Positions 27,268-38,606 are shown, counted from the first letter of the stretch. The stretch is DNA of 62,760 bases from Coprothermobacterota bacterium (GCA_026389455.1 JAPLHV010000034.1:1-62760); one strand, 5' to 3'. Translations and numbers: made by a program. The notes: generated from the letters alone by a model not told the origin.

Positions 27268-29682
27268 ATGCCGCAGATCTCCGCGCTGATTCAACATCTA
27301 CGTGACACACTGGGCAAGCAAGGTCAACTGACCTACCTTGAGGCGACGGCAAGTCATTCGGCTCAATATGGTGAGCTGGAGAAACCGGTAGCTCCCCTTC
27401 TCCAAGAGCTTCTCTCTCGAAAGGGACTGCGCCTTTACAGTCACCAGGCAGAGGCGATCAATCCGGCTCGTCGCGGGGAGGATGTTATCCTTACCAGCCC
27501 CACCGCCTCAGGGAAGAGCTTGGCCTTCAACATCCCGGTATGGGATCGGTTGCTGACTCAACCCTTCTCTACCGCTCTCTACATCTACCCACTGAAGGCG
27601 CTGGCCAACGACCAGTTGAAGACGCTCCTGGCGTGGGATCAAGAGTTGGGAGCGAACCTCCACCCGGCCATCTATGACGGCGACACTCCAGCCGGCGCCA
27701 AGCGGCAGATCCTGGAGCGCTCGCGGCTGATCCTGACCAACCCCTACGCTCTGCATGAGTATGCCCCCTGGCACCATCTCTGGCGGCGTTTCTTCCTTAA
27801 CCTGCGTTATGTGGTCATCGACGAAGCCCACACCTACCGCGGCATCTTTGGCTCACACATCGCCTGCCTATTGCGCCGCCTGCAGCGGATCTTCGCTTAT
27901 TACCACGCTCGACCCACTTTTATCCTCTCCTCGGCCACCCTTCGCAACGCCGCTCAATTCGCCGGAACATTGATAGGTCGCCCCGTCTGCGCAGTCACCG
28001 AAGACGGCTCACCGCATGGCCCACGCCTCTTCCTGCTCTGGAACCCAGGATTCACCCCCGAGTCCGACCGGAGGTCCATGGATCGCACAAACAGCGATTC
28101 ACAGAGGATCCCGCAAACCACAAAGGAAGGAAAACGTCGCTCCCCTCACCTGGAAGTGCGAGATCTTGTGGTGGAGCTGGTACGATTCGGCTTGCAGACG
28201 ATTTGCTTCTCCTCTTCGCGAGCCATCGCCGAGCTATTGGCGCGCTGGACCCGTGAGCAACTGGCAAAGGAGGATCCCGATCTGGCCGGCCGCGTGGCAG
28301 CCTACCGCGCCGGCTACCTGGCGGAAGACCGGCGCCGCTTGGAGACGCAGTTGCGGAAGGGGGAACTGCGCGCTGTCTTTTCCACCAACGCCTTGGAGTT
28401 GGGGATCGATATCGGCTCACTGGACGCGGTGGTGATAGCTGGCTACCCGGGCGCCATGATCTCTGTGCGGCAACAAGCCGGACGCGCAGGACGCGGCTTG
28501 GAGGAATCCCTGACGGTGATGGTGGCTTTCCCGAACCCGCTCGATCAGTATTTCATCCAGCACCCAGACGCCTTCTTCAGCCGCCCTTTGGAAGAGGCGC
28601 TGCTGAACCCCGCCAACCCGCACATCCTGCGCGGACACTTGCAAGCGGCCGGCGCTGAACTTCCCTGGCGTGACGCAGAGGAAGCGAAGGCAGTCTTCGG
28701 AACTCCCGCTTCGGCTGTCTACAAGGAGCTGGAGAATGAAGGGTTTCTAGCCGGCGGCCGTTACCGCGGCCCAGCCGAGAGAGCCTCGGCAATCGTCTCT
28801 CTAGAGAATATCGGCGAGCAATCAATACAGTTGCTGCGGATCTCTTCCGCCCTTGGAGTAGGAACCTCCGAGCGCCTACCCTCGCGCGAAGGGAAAGGAA
28901 GGGAAACGGTCGTAGGGGCGACGGATGCGTCGCCCCTACTGGAGACAATGGATCTGCCCAGGGCGATGCGCGAAGCCTACCCGGGAGCCATCTTCCTCCA
29001 CCAGGGAGAGACCTTCCGGGTGGAATCGCTGGACCTGAAAGCGGGGATCGCCCGCGCCCGGCCGGTGGATGTGGACATGTACACCTCAACGCGCAAGGAC
29101 AGCGATATTCGCCTCCTGGAGGAATATGCCCGCCGCCGAACAGCGGAGGGCATCGAGGTCGCCCTCGGCGAGGTAGAAGTCACCGAACGCATCCTTGGTT
29201 TCTTCATCAAGCGCTTTGACCAGGTCTTGGATTACCGCGACCTGGACTTGCCCCCTCTCTCCACCGTCGCTCAGTCGGCCTGGTTCCGCGTCCCGACTTC
29301 GCTACGAACTCGCTTGCTGGAAGCCGGGGAGGATTTCGACGGCGCCCTCCACGCCTTGGAGCACGCCACTATCGCACTGGTTCCCCTCTTCGCCCTCTGC
29401 GATCGCTGGGATCTGGGGGGTGTCTCCTACCCGGAGCGCTCCGCCATGGGCGGCCCGGTGATCTTCCTTCACGAGGGAGCGCCTGGAGGGGTGGGGATCG
29501 CCGAGAAGATTTACCAAGTATTGCCGGAGTTGCTGCAGGCTGCGCTGGAGATGATTCGCTCCTGCTCCTGCCGGGATGGGTGCCCTTCCTGCGTCCTCTC
29601 CCCGAAATGCGGCAACAACAACCAGCCGATGAGCAAGGCGGGGGCGATCCTCCTCTTGGAGGGGCTCTTGGGCGGGAAATGA
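27268..29682 (+). CDS. DEAH-box helicase with DUF1998 Zn domain (MrfA/SftH/Hrq1-like)
   Basis: PTASGKS, DEAH, TNALELGIDIG, QQAGRAGR, CSCRDGCPSC. Confidence 0.93.
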   Translation: MPQISALIQHLRDTLGKQGQLTYLEATASHSAQYGELEKPVAPLLQELLSRKGLRLYSHQAEAINPARRGEDVILTSPTASGKSLAFNIPVWDRLLTQPFSTALYIYPLKALANDQLKTLLAWDQELGANLHPAIYDGDTPAGAKRQILERSRLILTNPYALHEYAPWHHLWRRFFLNLRYVVIDEAHTYRGIFGSHIACLLRRLQRIFAYYHARPTFILSSATLRNAAQFAGTLIGRPVCAVTEDGSPHGPRLFLLWNPGFTPESDRRSMDRTNSDSQRIPQTTKEGKRRSPHLEVRDLVVELVRFGLQTICFSSSRAIAELLARWTREQLAKEDPDLAGRVAAYRAGYLAEDRRRLETQLRKGELRAVFSTNALELGIDIGSLDAVVIAGYPGAMISVRQQAGRAGRGLEESLTVMVAFPNPLDQYFIQHPDAFFSRPLEEALLNPANPHILRGHLQAAGAELPWRDAEEAKAVFGTPASAVYKELENEGFLAGGRYRGPAERASAIVSLENIGEQSIQLLRISSALGVGTSERLPSREGKGRETVVGATDASPLLETMDLPRAMREAYPGAIFLHQGETFRVESLDLKAGIARARPVDVDMYTSTRKDSDIRLLEEYARRRTAEGIEVALGEVEVTERILGFFIKRFDQVLDYRDLDLPPLSTVAQSAWFRVPTSLRTRLLEAGEDFDGALHALEHATIALVPLFALCDRWDLGGVSYPERSAMGGPVIFLHEGAPGGVGIAEKIYQVLPELLQAALEMIRSCSCRDGCPSCVLSPKCGNNNQPMSKAGAILLLEGLLGGK
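28912..28939. repeat. GTAG REP palindrome in-frame inside the helicase gene
   Basis: gtaggggcgacg-gatg-cgtcgcccctac (VGATDASPL). Confidence 0.88.
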
Positions 29683-29767
29683 GCGGGGAGCCATTGGTTC
29701 TCCGCTTGCCCCTCCCTTCCTGTGGTATCTTTAAGGGTAAGGGCAAACGAGACCAAGAGAGGACCGC

Positions 29768-30574
29768 GTGTTAGAGAAAATTGATCTGAGCCTGAAGTTG
29801 AGCAAGGCGGAGTTCCAAGCGCGGATGCGCCGCCTGCACCCGCGGTTGAACCTCTCGCAACGTATGACGGCGCGCGCCGGGATCCCGGTGATGATCGTCT
29901 ACGAGGGCTGGGAGGCCTCCGGCAAGGGCACCAGCCTCAACCAGGTAACCGAGTGGCTGGACCCTCGTCACTTCCGCGTGTACCCCATCTTCTCCCCTAC
30001 CCCCGAAGAATCGCTGCACCCCTTCCTTTGGCGCTTCTGGCTGAAGATCCCCAGCTACGGCGAGTGGGCCTTCTTTGACCGTAGCTGGTATCACCGCGTG
30101 CTGGCCGAGCGGGTAGAGGGGAAAGCTCCTCGTCAGGCCTGGCAAGGGGCTTTCCAGGAGATCAATGCCTTCGAGCGCCAGTTGAGCGATGACGGCTATG
30201 CATTGATCAAGCTGTGGCTGCACATCAGCAAGAAGGAGCAGAAGAAGCGCTTCGCCAAGCTGGAGGGGCAGCGCTACGCCTCCTGGGTGATCACGGCAGA
30301 GGACCGTCGCGAGCACACCCTGTACGCCCAATACCTGGCTGCTCTGGAGGAGATGTTTGTCCAGACCAGCACCTATCCTGCCCCCTGGACTATCGTCGAG
30401 GCGATGGACCGCCGCTACAGCCAGGCAAAGATCGTAGGGACGGTCGTGGCCGCTCTGGAGAGCGCCCTTAAGGATCGTGCCCCCCAGATCTTCGCCGAGT
30501 ACCTGGAGACCGCTGCCCTGATCGACCGGGAGAAAGAGCCGCCGATGGATGCCTCGCTGGAGGTGACGGCATGA
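29768..30574 (+). CDS. ppk2: PPK2 family domain (resembles the N-terminal domain of polyP:AMP phosphotransferase)
   Basis: EGWEASGKG, FDRSWY, KLWLHISKKEQKKRF. Confidence 0.88.
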   Translation: MLEKIDLSLKLSKAEFQARMRRLHPRLNLSQRMTARAGIPVMIVYEGWEASGKGTSLNQVTEWLDPRHFRVYPIFSPTPEESLHPFLWRFWLKIPSYGEWAFFDRSWYHRVLAERVEGKAPRQAWQGAFQEINAFERQLSDDGYALIKLWLHISKKEQKKRFAKLEGQRYASWVITAEDRREHTLYAQYLAALEEMFVQTSTYPAPWTIVEAMDRRYSQAKIVGTVVAALESALKDRAPQIFAEYLETAALIDREKEPPMDASLEVTA

Positions 30575-31281
30575 TCCTCGATAGGGTCGATCTAAACGCA
30601 GCGCTTCCCAAGAAAGAGTACGCTGCGCGCCTGCCTGCTTTGCAGGAGCGGCTGCGGGAACTGGAATTTCGCATCTATCAGGCGAGGTTGCCGGTGGTGG
30701 CGGTCTTCGAGGGGTGGGACGCCGCCGGAAAGGGCGGCGCCATCAAACGGTTGACCGAACACCTTGACCCGCGCGGCTACGCAGTCCACTCCTACGCCGC
30801 ACCTGTAGGAGAAGAGAAGACCCATCACTACCTCTGGCGTTTCTGGCGCAACCTTCCCAAGGGCGGGCACATCGCCGTCTTCGACCGCAGTTGGTATGGC
30901 CGTGTGCTGGTGGAACGCGTGGAGAGCCTTTGCCCGGAGGAAGCCTGGAAGCGCGCCTACCAGGAGATCAACGAATTTGAGGGAAACCTGGCCTCCTTCG
31001 GCGCGGTGATCGCCAAGTTTTGGCTGCACATCAGCGCCCAGGAGCAGGAACGCCGCTTCCGCCAGCGGGAGGGCGACCCCTTCAAGAATTACAAGCTAAC
31101 CGAGGAGGATTGGCGCAACCGCCAGAAGTGGCCGGCTTATGAGGATGCTGCCGAGGAGATGATCCTGCGTACCAGCACGCCGTATGCTCCTTGGTCGGTG
31201 GTCCCAGCCAACGACAAATACCATGCCCGGGTCGTCTGTCTGGAAACGGTTGCGAACGCCATCGAGAGCTTGTTGAAGTGA
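30571..31281 (+). CDS. ppk2: PPK2 family protein (resembles the C-terminal catalytic domain of polyP:AMP phosphotransferase)
   Basis: EGWDAAGKGG, FDRSWYGRVLVERV, KLTEEDWRNR. Confidence 0.93.
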   Translation: MILDRVDLNAALPKKEYAARLPALQERLRELEFRIYQARLPVVAVFEGWDAAGKGGAIKRLTEHLDPRGYAVHSYAAPVGEEKTHHYLWRFWRNLPKGGHIAVFDRSWYGRVLVERVESLCPEEAWKRAYQEINEFEGNLASFGAVIAKFWLHISAQEQERRFRQREGDPFKNYKLTEEDWRNRQKWPAYEDAAEEMILRTSTPYAPWSVVPANDKYHARVVCLETVANAIESLLK

Positions 31282-31661
31282 CGGCGAGCAAGCCCGAACC
31301 TGCCCGCAGACACCGCCCCTTCACTTCAGATCTGGGGTTGTTGATCGCCATTCCCCTGGTCTGCATTCTTACCTGCATTTTCTACAATCGTTGGACCGAC
31401 TTGGCGGGAATGGGCGGAGGAGTCTTGCTCGGGATCATCCTCGCCCTAGTCCTCTGGAAGGGAGAGCTTCGCACCATGAACGCTGTCGAGGCCGCCCTGG
31501 AGACTCTCGCTGTCGGCGGGTTCATCTTCCTCTTTCTTTCCTTTTGGGGGTTGTTGGGGCGCGTGCAGATCCTTCTTTCCCTCTTGGCCATGGTCTTAAT
31601 GACCGTCTTCTGGGGGTTCCTGCTGGTTCGCGCTTTGGGCAAGCGCGGCTCCGCCGCGTAG
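31278..31661 (+). CDS. Small hypothetical membrane protein (about 4 TM)
   Basis: GTG overlaps the ppk2 stop; four hydrophobic segments. Confidence 0.65.
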   Translation: MTASKPEPARRHRPFTSDLGLLIAIPLVCILTCIFYNRWTDLAGMGGGVLLGIILALVLWKGELRTMNAVEAALETLAVGGFIFLFLSFWGLLGRVQILLSLLAMVLMTVFWGFLLVRALGKRGSAA

Positions 31662-31682
31662 GGGCAGGTTTCAAACCTGCCC
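31658..31682 (+). repeat. GTAG-type REP
   Basis: gtaggggcaggtttcaaacctgccc; its TAG is the stop of the upstream ORF. Confidence 0.85.
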
Positions 31683-31739
31683 TGACCAGCTTGGCGCAGC
31701 GTGGCTTCCCCCAAGTCTCCGTTTGCGCTATATCTAGTT

Positions 31740-31867
31740 GAGTGATTCAGTAATTAAGTGACTAAGTGGCTGAGTAATTAAGTGGTTGAGTAAGATCTAG
31801 ACAGTCCTCGACTCAGAGAAGTGACTTAACCACTTAACCACTTGACCACTAAACCACTTGACCACTG
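31740..31867. repeat. Inverted octamer array (6-7 units, spacer, 5 reverse-complement units)
   Basis: gagtgatt cagtaatt aagtgact aagtggct gagtaatt aagtggtt ... aaccactt aaccactt gaccacta aaccactt gaccactg. Confidence 0.88.
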
Positions 31868-31890
31868 TATTCAAGAAACCGGAGGATCCA

Positions 31891-33558
<1,668 letters not shown>

Positions 33559-33570
33559 GGAGGAGAAGCC

Positions 33571-33975
33571 ATGGACAAACAGAAAATCCGCATCCTCATC
33601 GCCAAGGTCGGCCTGGACGGGCATGACCGCGGCGCCAAGTACATCTCCCAAGCCCTGCGCGATCGGGGCTACGAGGTGATTTACACCGGAATCCGCCAAA
33701 CCACAGATGACGTGGCCAAGGCAGCGGTTCAGGAAGATGTCAAATTCGTCGGCCTGAGCCTGCTCTCGGGCGCCCACAATCAGCTCTTCCCCAAGGTAGT
33801 GGAGAAGCTGCGGGAGCTGGGGGCGGCAGATATCGTTGTCTTCGGCGGCGGGGTAATCCCGGCCGACGACATTCCTTTCCTCTTGGAACACGGCATCCGC
33901 GCCGTCTTCACCCCCGGAACCACTACCGACCAGATGGAAGAGTTCATCCGTACGGTCATGGAGGAAAGTGCCTAG
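33571..33975 (+). CDS. Methylmalonyl-CoA mutase, B12-binding small subunit
   Basis: GLDGHDRG (DxHxxG), SLLSG, FGGG. Confidence 0.95.
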   Translation: MDKQKIRILIAKVGLDGHDRGAKYISQALRDRGYEVIYTGIRQTTDDVAKAAVQEDVKFVGLSLLSGAHNQLFPKVVEKLRELGAADIVVFGGGVIPADDIPFLLEHGIRAVFTPGTTTDQMEEFIRTVMEESA

Positions 33976-35017
33976 CCTGCTGGATAGCCTGCGCGATCGC
34001 AAGGTGCGAGCTTTGGCGCAGGCCATCTCTCTCTCCGAAAACGATCCGATTGGGGCGGCCGAGCTGTTCAGCCAGCTTGGCCCGGTGGCGCCGCGCTATA
34101 AAATCGGCCTCACCGGCCCTCCCGGCTCGGGAAAGAGCACCCTCATCCGCGCTCTTCTCGACCAGGCGGTGGCGAAAGGTTTGCGTACAGGGGTGATCGC
34201 CGTCGACCCCTCCAGCCCCTTCTCCGGGGGAGCTCTCCTGGGGGATCGTCTGCGCATGCAACTTCCCAATTTCGACCCTCAGCAGGTCTTTATCCGCAGC
34301 CTCTCTTCGCGCGGACACCTGGGCGGCCTCTCCCCCGGGATTCTCACCAGCCTCAGTCTGCTGGAGCACTACGGCTTCGACCTGATCCTGCTGGAGACGG
34401 TCGGGGTGGGACAGGCCGAAATCGAAGTGATGTATCTGGTCGATCTCGTGCTGGTAGTTCTGGTTCCGGGGATGGGGGACGAGATTCAGGCCATGAAATC
34501 CGGTTTGATGGAGATCGCTGACCTCTTCCTGATCAACAAGTGCCGACGCCCCGGCGCCGAGGCCCTGATGAGCGAGCTGTTGACTATGCTTGCCTCTGCC
34601 CCTCGTTTCCAGGAAGAAGGCGTCTGGCGGCCGGAGATCTTCCGTACAGAAGCAATAGATGGGGAGGGCGTCAGCGCACTTTTCGAGCGGTTGTTCTCCT
34701 ACCGGGAGGATCCCGTCCTCCAGACCTACCTTCAAAATAAACAGCGCCGCCGGCTCTACTACCAGGTCTTCCAGTCTGTGCTGAACACCTTCCGCGTCTG
34801 GACGGCCGACGCCCTGAAACCCATCACCCTAAACCCGGACCAGGCTTTTAACGCGCATGAGCTGGCACAACGAGTGATCGGGGAGGTCTGCCGCCAGGAA
34901 AGAGCGCGCCATGACGCCCAGCCCTTGGAAGGAAACATAGCGGACACTCTAGCCTGCGGCAGCGCGTCCCACCCAGATATTACAAAAAGAGACTCGCTGC
35001 CGCGGGCTGAGACGTAG
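33968..35017 (+). CDS. meaB: MeaB/ArgK GTPase chaperone of the mutase
   Basis: GPPGSGKST, AVDPSSPFSGGALLGDRLRM, ETVGVGQ, NKCR. Confidence 0.92.
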   Translation: MPSLLDSLRDRKVRALAQAISLSENDPIGAAELFSQLGPVAPRYKIGLTGPPGSGKSTLIRALLDQAVAKGLRTGVIAVDPSSPFSGGALLGDRLRMQLPNFDPQQVFIRSLSSRGHLGGLSPGILTSLSLLEHYGFDLILLETVGVGQAEIEVMYLVDLVLVVLVPGMGDEIQAMKSGLMEIADLFLINKCRRPGAEALMSELLTMLASAPRFQEEGVWRPEIFRTEAIDGEGVSALFERLFSYREDPVLQTYLQNKQRRRLYYQVFQSVLNTFRVWTADALKPITLNPDQAFNAHELAQRVIGEVCRQERARHDAQPLEGNIADTLACGSASHPDITKRDSLPRAET

Positions 35018-35030
35018 AGAATCGGAGGAA

Positions 35031-35465
35031 ATGATGTTGAAAAAGATCGATCACATTGGGATTGCCGTACTATCCATCGAGGAGACCGGCGCCATGCTGG
35101 AGAAGCTGGGTTTGATCAAGGAAGGGGAGGAGGAGATCGCCTCGCAGAAGCTGCGCGTGGCCTTCTTCAATGTTGGCGGTGTGCGCATCGAGCTATTGGA
35201 GCCGACCTCTCCAGAGTCCACGGTATCCAGGTTCTTGGAAGCCAAAGGGCAAAGCGTTCACCATATCGCCTACGAGACAGAGGATGTGGACGCGGAACAG
35301 CAGCGTTTGCTGGGGGAGGGGTTCGTCTTCATCAACGAGACTCCTCAGCCCGGCGCGCACGGCGCCCGCACCGCCTTCCTGCACCCCAAGGCGACCGGGA
35401 AGATCCTGACTGAATTGGTAGAACACCCTGCCGGGGGCTGTCTAGATGGTTCTTTCTCAAACTGA
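35031..35465 (+). CDS. mce: Methylmalonyl-CoA epimerase
   Basis: IDHIGIAV, IELLEP, HHIAY, FLHPK, ELVE. Confidence 0.93.
   Translation: MMLKKIDHIGIAVLSIEETGAMLEKLGLIKEGEEEIASQKLRVAFFNVGGVRIELLEPTSPESTVSRFLEAKGQSVHHIAYETEDVDAEQQRLLGEGFVFINETPQPGAHGARTAFLHPKATGKILTELVEHPAGGCLDGSFSN
35418..35445. repeat. 18-bp motif family copy in the epimerase 3' end
   Basis: gtagaacaccctgccgggggctgtctag. Confidence 0.85.
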
Positions 35466-35564
35466 GTGAGTAAGGCAGTCTGAGGGTAAACAAGGTCTCT
35501 GGGATCATCAAGGCTGACGACAACAAGTCAACTTGCGGCAGGCTGGTAGGATGCCCACTTGAAA
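35448..35564 (+). repeat. 117-bp dispersed element, copy 2
   Basis: Reverse complement aligns to 16218-16334; contains the epimerase stop. Confidence 0.9.
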
Positions 35565-35746
35565 TGATAAGGAACCAACACGATCAACCTAAGACCTTGG
35601 GTCCCGACCCCGGCAGAGCAATTTGATGGAAAGGCGTTACCTGTTTTTTCGTTAATCTTAAAGTCAAACCTATTGACATACCACCCCTTTAGCGGTGTAT
35701 CCTTTTCCCGTAGCACATCCTACGGAACAAGGAGCGTAAAGGGAAA

Positions 35747-37078
35747 ATGAAGGTGATTGTTATTGTCGCAGTGGCTTTGGCTTTGCTGGTCAGCCTGGGG
35801 GCGATGCCTTTCAGCGCGAATCCGGCGGTCAACGCCGAGGAAACGGAGTCCATGCCGGCTATTGATTGGACGGTGCGGCACAGCTTTGAGTTCTATCAGG
35901 ATCTGGCCAATAACCTGGCCGCCAAACACCCTTTCCTGGTGAACACCTATCCCATCGGCCGGAGCTGGCGCGAGCTGCCGATCACTTGCATCGAGCTGAG
36001 CAAGAAGACTATCATCCCTACCACCAAGCCGGGGATCGCCGTCATCGCTAACATTCACGGCGGAGAGCGGGAAGGCGCCGAAAGCGCCGCCTACTTTGCC
36101 TGGTGGTTGGCCAATAGTTACTACACCGATAAGACGGCTAAAGCCATCCTGGACAAGTTTACGGTCTATGTGATCCCGGTGATGAACCCGGACGGGTACG
36201 TCAACTCCTTCCTCGCGAACACTCGTTACAACTCCCGCCCCACCGACAACAACGGGGATAAGATCCCTAATAATGATCCTTACACCGATACCAACGGCGA
36301 TGGCTTCATCGCTACTGTCTACACCGGCTCGCCCACCTCAACCATCGGTGAACGAGTCAGGATCGGAATGGAGAGCCCGGACTGGGACAAGAACGGGAAA
36401 CCCGGCGACGACCCGAAGTTCAGCACCATCGACCTGAACCGCACTTTCGACTACATGTGGAACCGTTTTGACCCAGACACGGGCACCGGCGCCAACTCCT
36501 GGTTGCGGGCTGGCCCGGACGCCGCTTCCGAACCCGAGGTGCAGGCTGTGCAGAACTTCCTCAAGGCCCATCCCGTCTATGCCGTGGCCACCCTCCACAC
36601 TGGCGAGCAGTCCGTCCTCTGGCCATGGTGCTGGACCGGCCAAGTTCCCCCGGACGGCCCCTTCATGGCCGCTGTCGGCACGGCGATGGCCCAGGCGATC
36701 ACCGCCGGGACAGGCCGGCCTTTCTATGCCATGACTTCTTACGAAGACTACCCCACCAGCGCCGAGATGATCGACTGGACCTACGGCCGGCTGGGGATCC
36801 ACTCCTACACCATCGAGGTCTACGAGGGCGGCCTTCCCACCCCCGACTGGCCCTGGACCTGGGGTAACCCACCCCTCCCCGACCAGTGGATCTACCTGGG
36901 CGATTGGATGGGCTTCCACAATATCTGGTTCCGCAACACCGGCAGCGCTCAGATGGTTAACCGAGCCCCGCCGGATCAGGACATGATGGTCAAGGGGGTC
37001 AAGGACGGCCTGGTAGTGATGATCCAGAGCGAGCCCTATGGCCCCGGCCCAAGCGTCCCGCTTTGGATGAACTGGTAA
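35747..37078 (+). CDS. Secreted M14 zinc carboxypeptidase family protein
   Basis: Signal peptide, IHGGERE (HxxE), NPDG, DLNRTF, TLHT, YTIE. Confidence 0.85.
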   Translation: MKVIVIVAVALALLVSLGAMPFSANPAVNAEETESMPAIDWTVRHSFEFYQDLANNLAAKHPFLVNTYPIGRSWRELPITCIELSKKTIIPTTKPGIAVIANIHGGEREGAESAAYFAWWLANSYYTDKTAKAILDKFTVYVIPVMNPDGYVNSFLANTRYNSRPTDNNGDKIPNNDPYTDTNGDGFIATVYTGSPTSTIGERVRIGMESPDWDKNGKPGDDPKFSTIDLNRTFDYMWNRFDPDTGTGANSWLRAGPDAASEPEVQAVQNFLKAHPVYAVATLHTGEQSVLWPWCWTGQVPPDGPFMAAVGTAMAQAITAGTGRPFYAMTSYEDYPTSAEMIDWTYGRLGIHSYTIEVYEGGLPTPDWPWTWGNPPLPDQWIYLGDWMGFHNIWFRNTGSAQMVNRAPPDQDMMVKGVKDGLVVMIQSEPYGPGPSVPLWMNW

Positions 37079-37105
37079 ACAACGTCCTTCGCTAGTCGCC
37101 CTTCT

Positions 37106-37144
37106 GAAAACCTGGGGGTGCATTTTGCCGGCCCCCAGGTTTTC
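37106..37144 (+). terminator. Rho-independent terminator after the M14 gene
   Basis: gaaaacctggggg / cccccaggttttc 13-bp stem. Confidence 0.65.
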
Positions 37145-37397
37145 TCTTCAGCTTTCCCTTTTTCTCTAGCATTTTTCTCAGGGATAGGGTTAAATAGTAA
37201 GCGGTCGCACCTAAAACCCAATAGGACGAGCCGCGAGATCATGTCCTTTTTCTGGAAAAGAACCAAAGCAACGCGGAGTTCGCTATAATGAGGAAAAAGG
37301 GGGTGATGACAAGAGGGAATTGGGTGCAGGAAAAAAGCAGTCTTCGGGACAGGAAACCCGGAGAATAGGACAAGAATCAGTAAAGGAGAGTGGAAAA

Positions 37398-38606
37398 GTG
37401 AGAAACAGCCGTAAAGCATTTGTGGTCGTGGTGTTGGTTATCGGGCTTCTGGCGATGGTGGTGGGGTGCGCGGCGCCCAGCACACCGACCCCGACCCCGA
37501 CCGCCACCGCGTCCTCCCCGACCCCGACACCAACTACACCGCCCCCTGGAGGGGACATCATCATTGGTTGCGTAGCCCCGCTCACGGGTGACTCCGCCAC
37601 CTTCGGAAAGTCTACCCAGAATGGCGTTCAGCAAGCCCTCGACGAGACCAACGCCAAAGGCGGCCTATTGGGCGGGCGCCAGTTGATCCTGAAAACCGCC
37701 GACGACAAGAGCGACCCCACCGAGGGCGCTGCCGGCATTACTCGGTTGATCGAACAGGACAAGATCGTCGCTGAGATCGGAACGGTCCAGTCCAAAGTCT
37801 CCCTGGCCATCGCTCCCATCCTTCAGGCCAAGAAGATCCCGATGGTCTCCCCAACTTCTACCAACGAAAAAGTGACCCTGGTGGGCGACTTCATCTTCCG
37901 CGCCTGCTTCATCGACAACTTCCAGGGAACCGTAGGAGCTGCCTTCGCTTATACCAACCTGAAGGTGACCAAAGCGGCGGCTCTCTTTGACGTCGGCAAC
38001 GACTACACCAAAGGGCTCGCCGAAAGTTTCCGCGACGCTTTTACCTTGCTCGGCGGCACGATAGTGGGCTTCGAGGCTCACCCCACCGGGGCGACCGACT
38101 TCAACGCGCAGTTGACCAAACTGATCGCCGCCGGCCCTGAACTGCTTTACCTTTCCGACTACTACAACGATGTCGGCCTGATCTGCAAGCAAGCCCGCGC
38201 CCTCGGCTACAAAGGCTACTTCCTCGGCGGCGATGGCTGGGATTCCCCGGATTTGGTCAAGATCGGCGGAGCAGATGTGGAGGGTGGCTTCTTCACCAAC
38301 CACTTCTCCAAGGATGACACCCGCCCAGAGGTGCAGACCTTCGTGAAAGCTTACACGGCAAAATACGGCGAAGCCCCGGACGCCCTGGCCGCTCTCGCCT
38401 ACGATGCAGCCAACCTGATGCTTGACGCCATTACTCGTGCCGGCTCCACCGATGGAACGGCAATCCGCGATGCATTGAAAACCTCGAATTTTAAAGCCGT
38501 CTCCGGCACAATCAAGTTTGATGCCAACCGCAATCCAATCAAAGCAGCCGTCATCATCGAGATAAAAGGCGGCCAGCAGGCTTACAAGGCTACGGTTGCG
38601 CCTTAA
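37398..38606 (+). CDS. livK: Branched-chain amino acid ABC substrate-binding lipoprotein
   Basis: Lipobox VVGC, PT linker, APLTG, DDKSDP, GGDGWDS; GTG start after GGAG. Confidence 0.9.
   Translation: MRNSRKAFVVVVLVIGLLAMVVGCAAPSTPTPTPTATASSPTPTPTTPPPGGDIIIGCVAPLTGDSATFGKSTQNGVQQALDETNAKGGLLGGRQLILKTADDKSDPTEGAAGITRLIEQDKIVAEIGTVQSKVSLAIAPILQAKKIPMVSPTSTNEKVTLVGDFIFRACFIDNFQGTVGAAFAYTNLKVTKAAALFDVGNDYTKGLAESFRDAFTLLGGTIVGFEAHPTGATDFNAQLTKLIAAGPELLYLSDYYNDVGLICKQARALGYKGYFLGGDGWDSPDLVKIGGADVEGGFFTNHFSKDDTRPEVQTFVKAYTAKYGEAPDALAALAYDAANLMLDAITRAGSTDGTAIRDALKTSNFKAVSGTIKFDANRNPIKAAVIIEIKGGQQAYKATVAP

Noticed and set aside
31662-31890. Cobalamin riboswitch upstream of the mutase (also before the corrinoid gene at 19724-19788)
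   Set aside because: No B12-box or other conserved elements seen; the first region is occupied by repeats and the second is only 65 nt.
35673-35703. Sigma70 promoter for the M14 gene (TTGACA...TATCCT)
   Set aside because: The 19-bp spacer and weak -10 make it too uncertain to list.
37244-37262. CodY-like box upstream of liv (CTTTTTCTGGAAAAG)
   Set aside because: Only about 10 of 15 positions match and spacing is off by one; no evidence for CodY in this organism.
37480-37550. TP/PT repeats in LivK (also the OppA linker at 8340-8395)
   Set aside because: Ordinary Pro/Thr linkers with degenerate codons, unrelated to the DNA repeat families.
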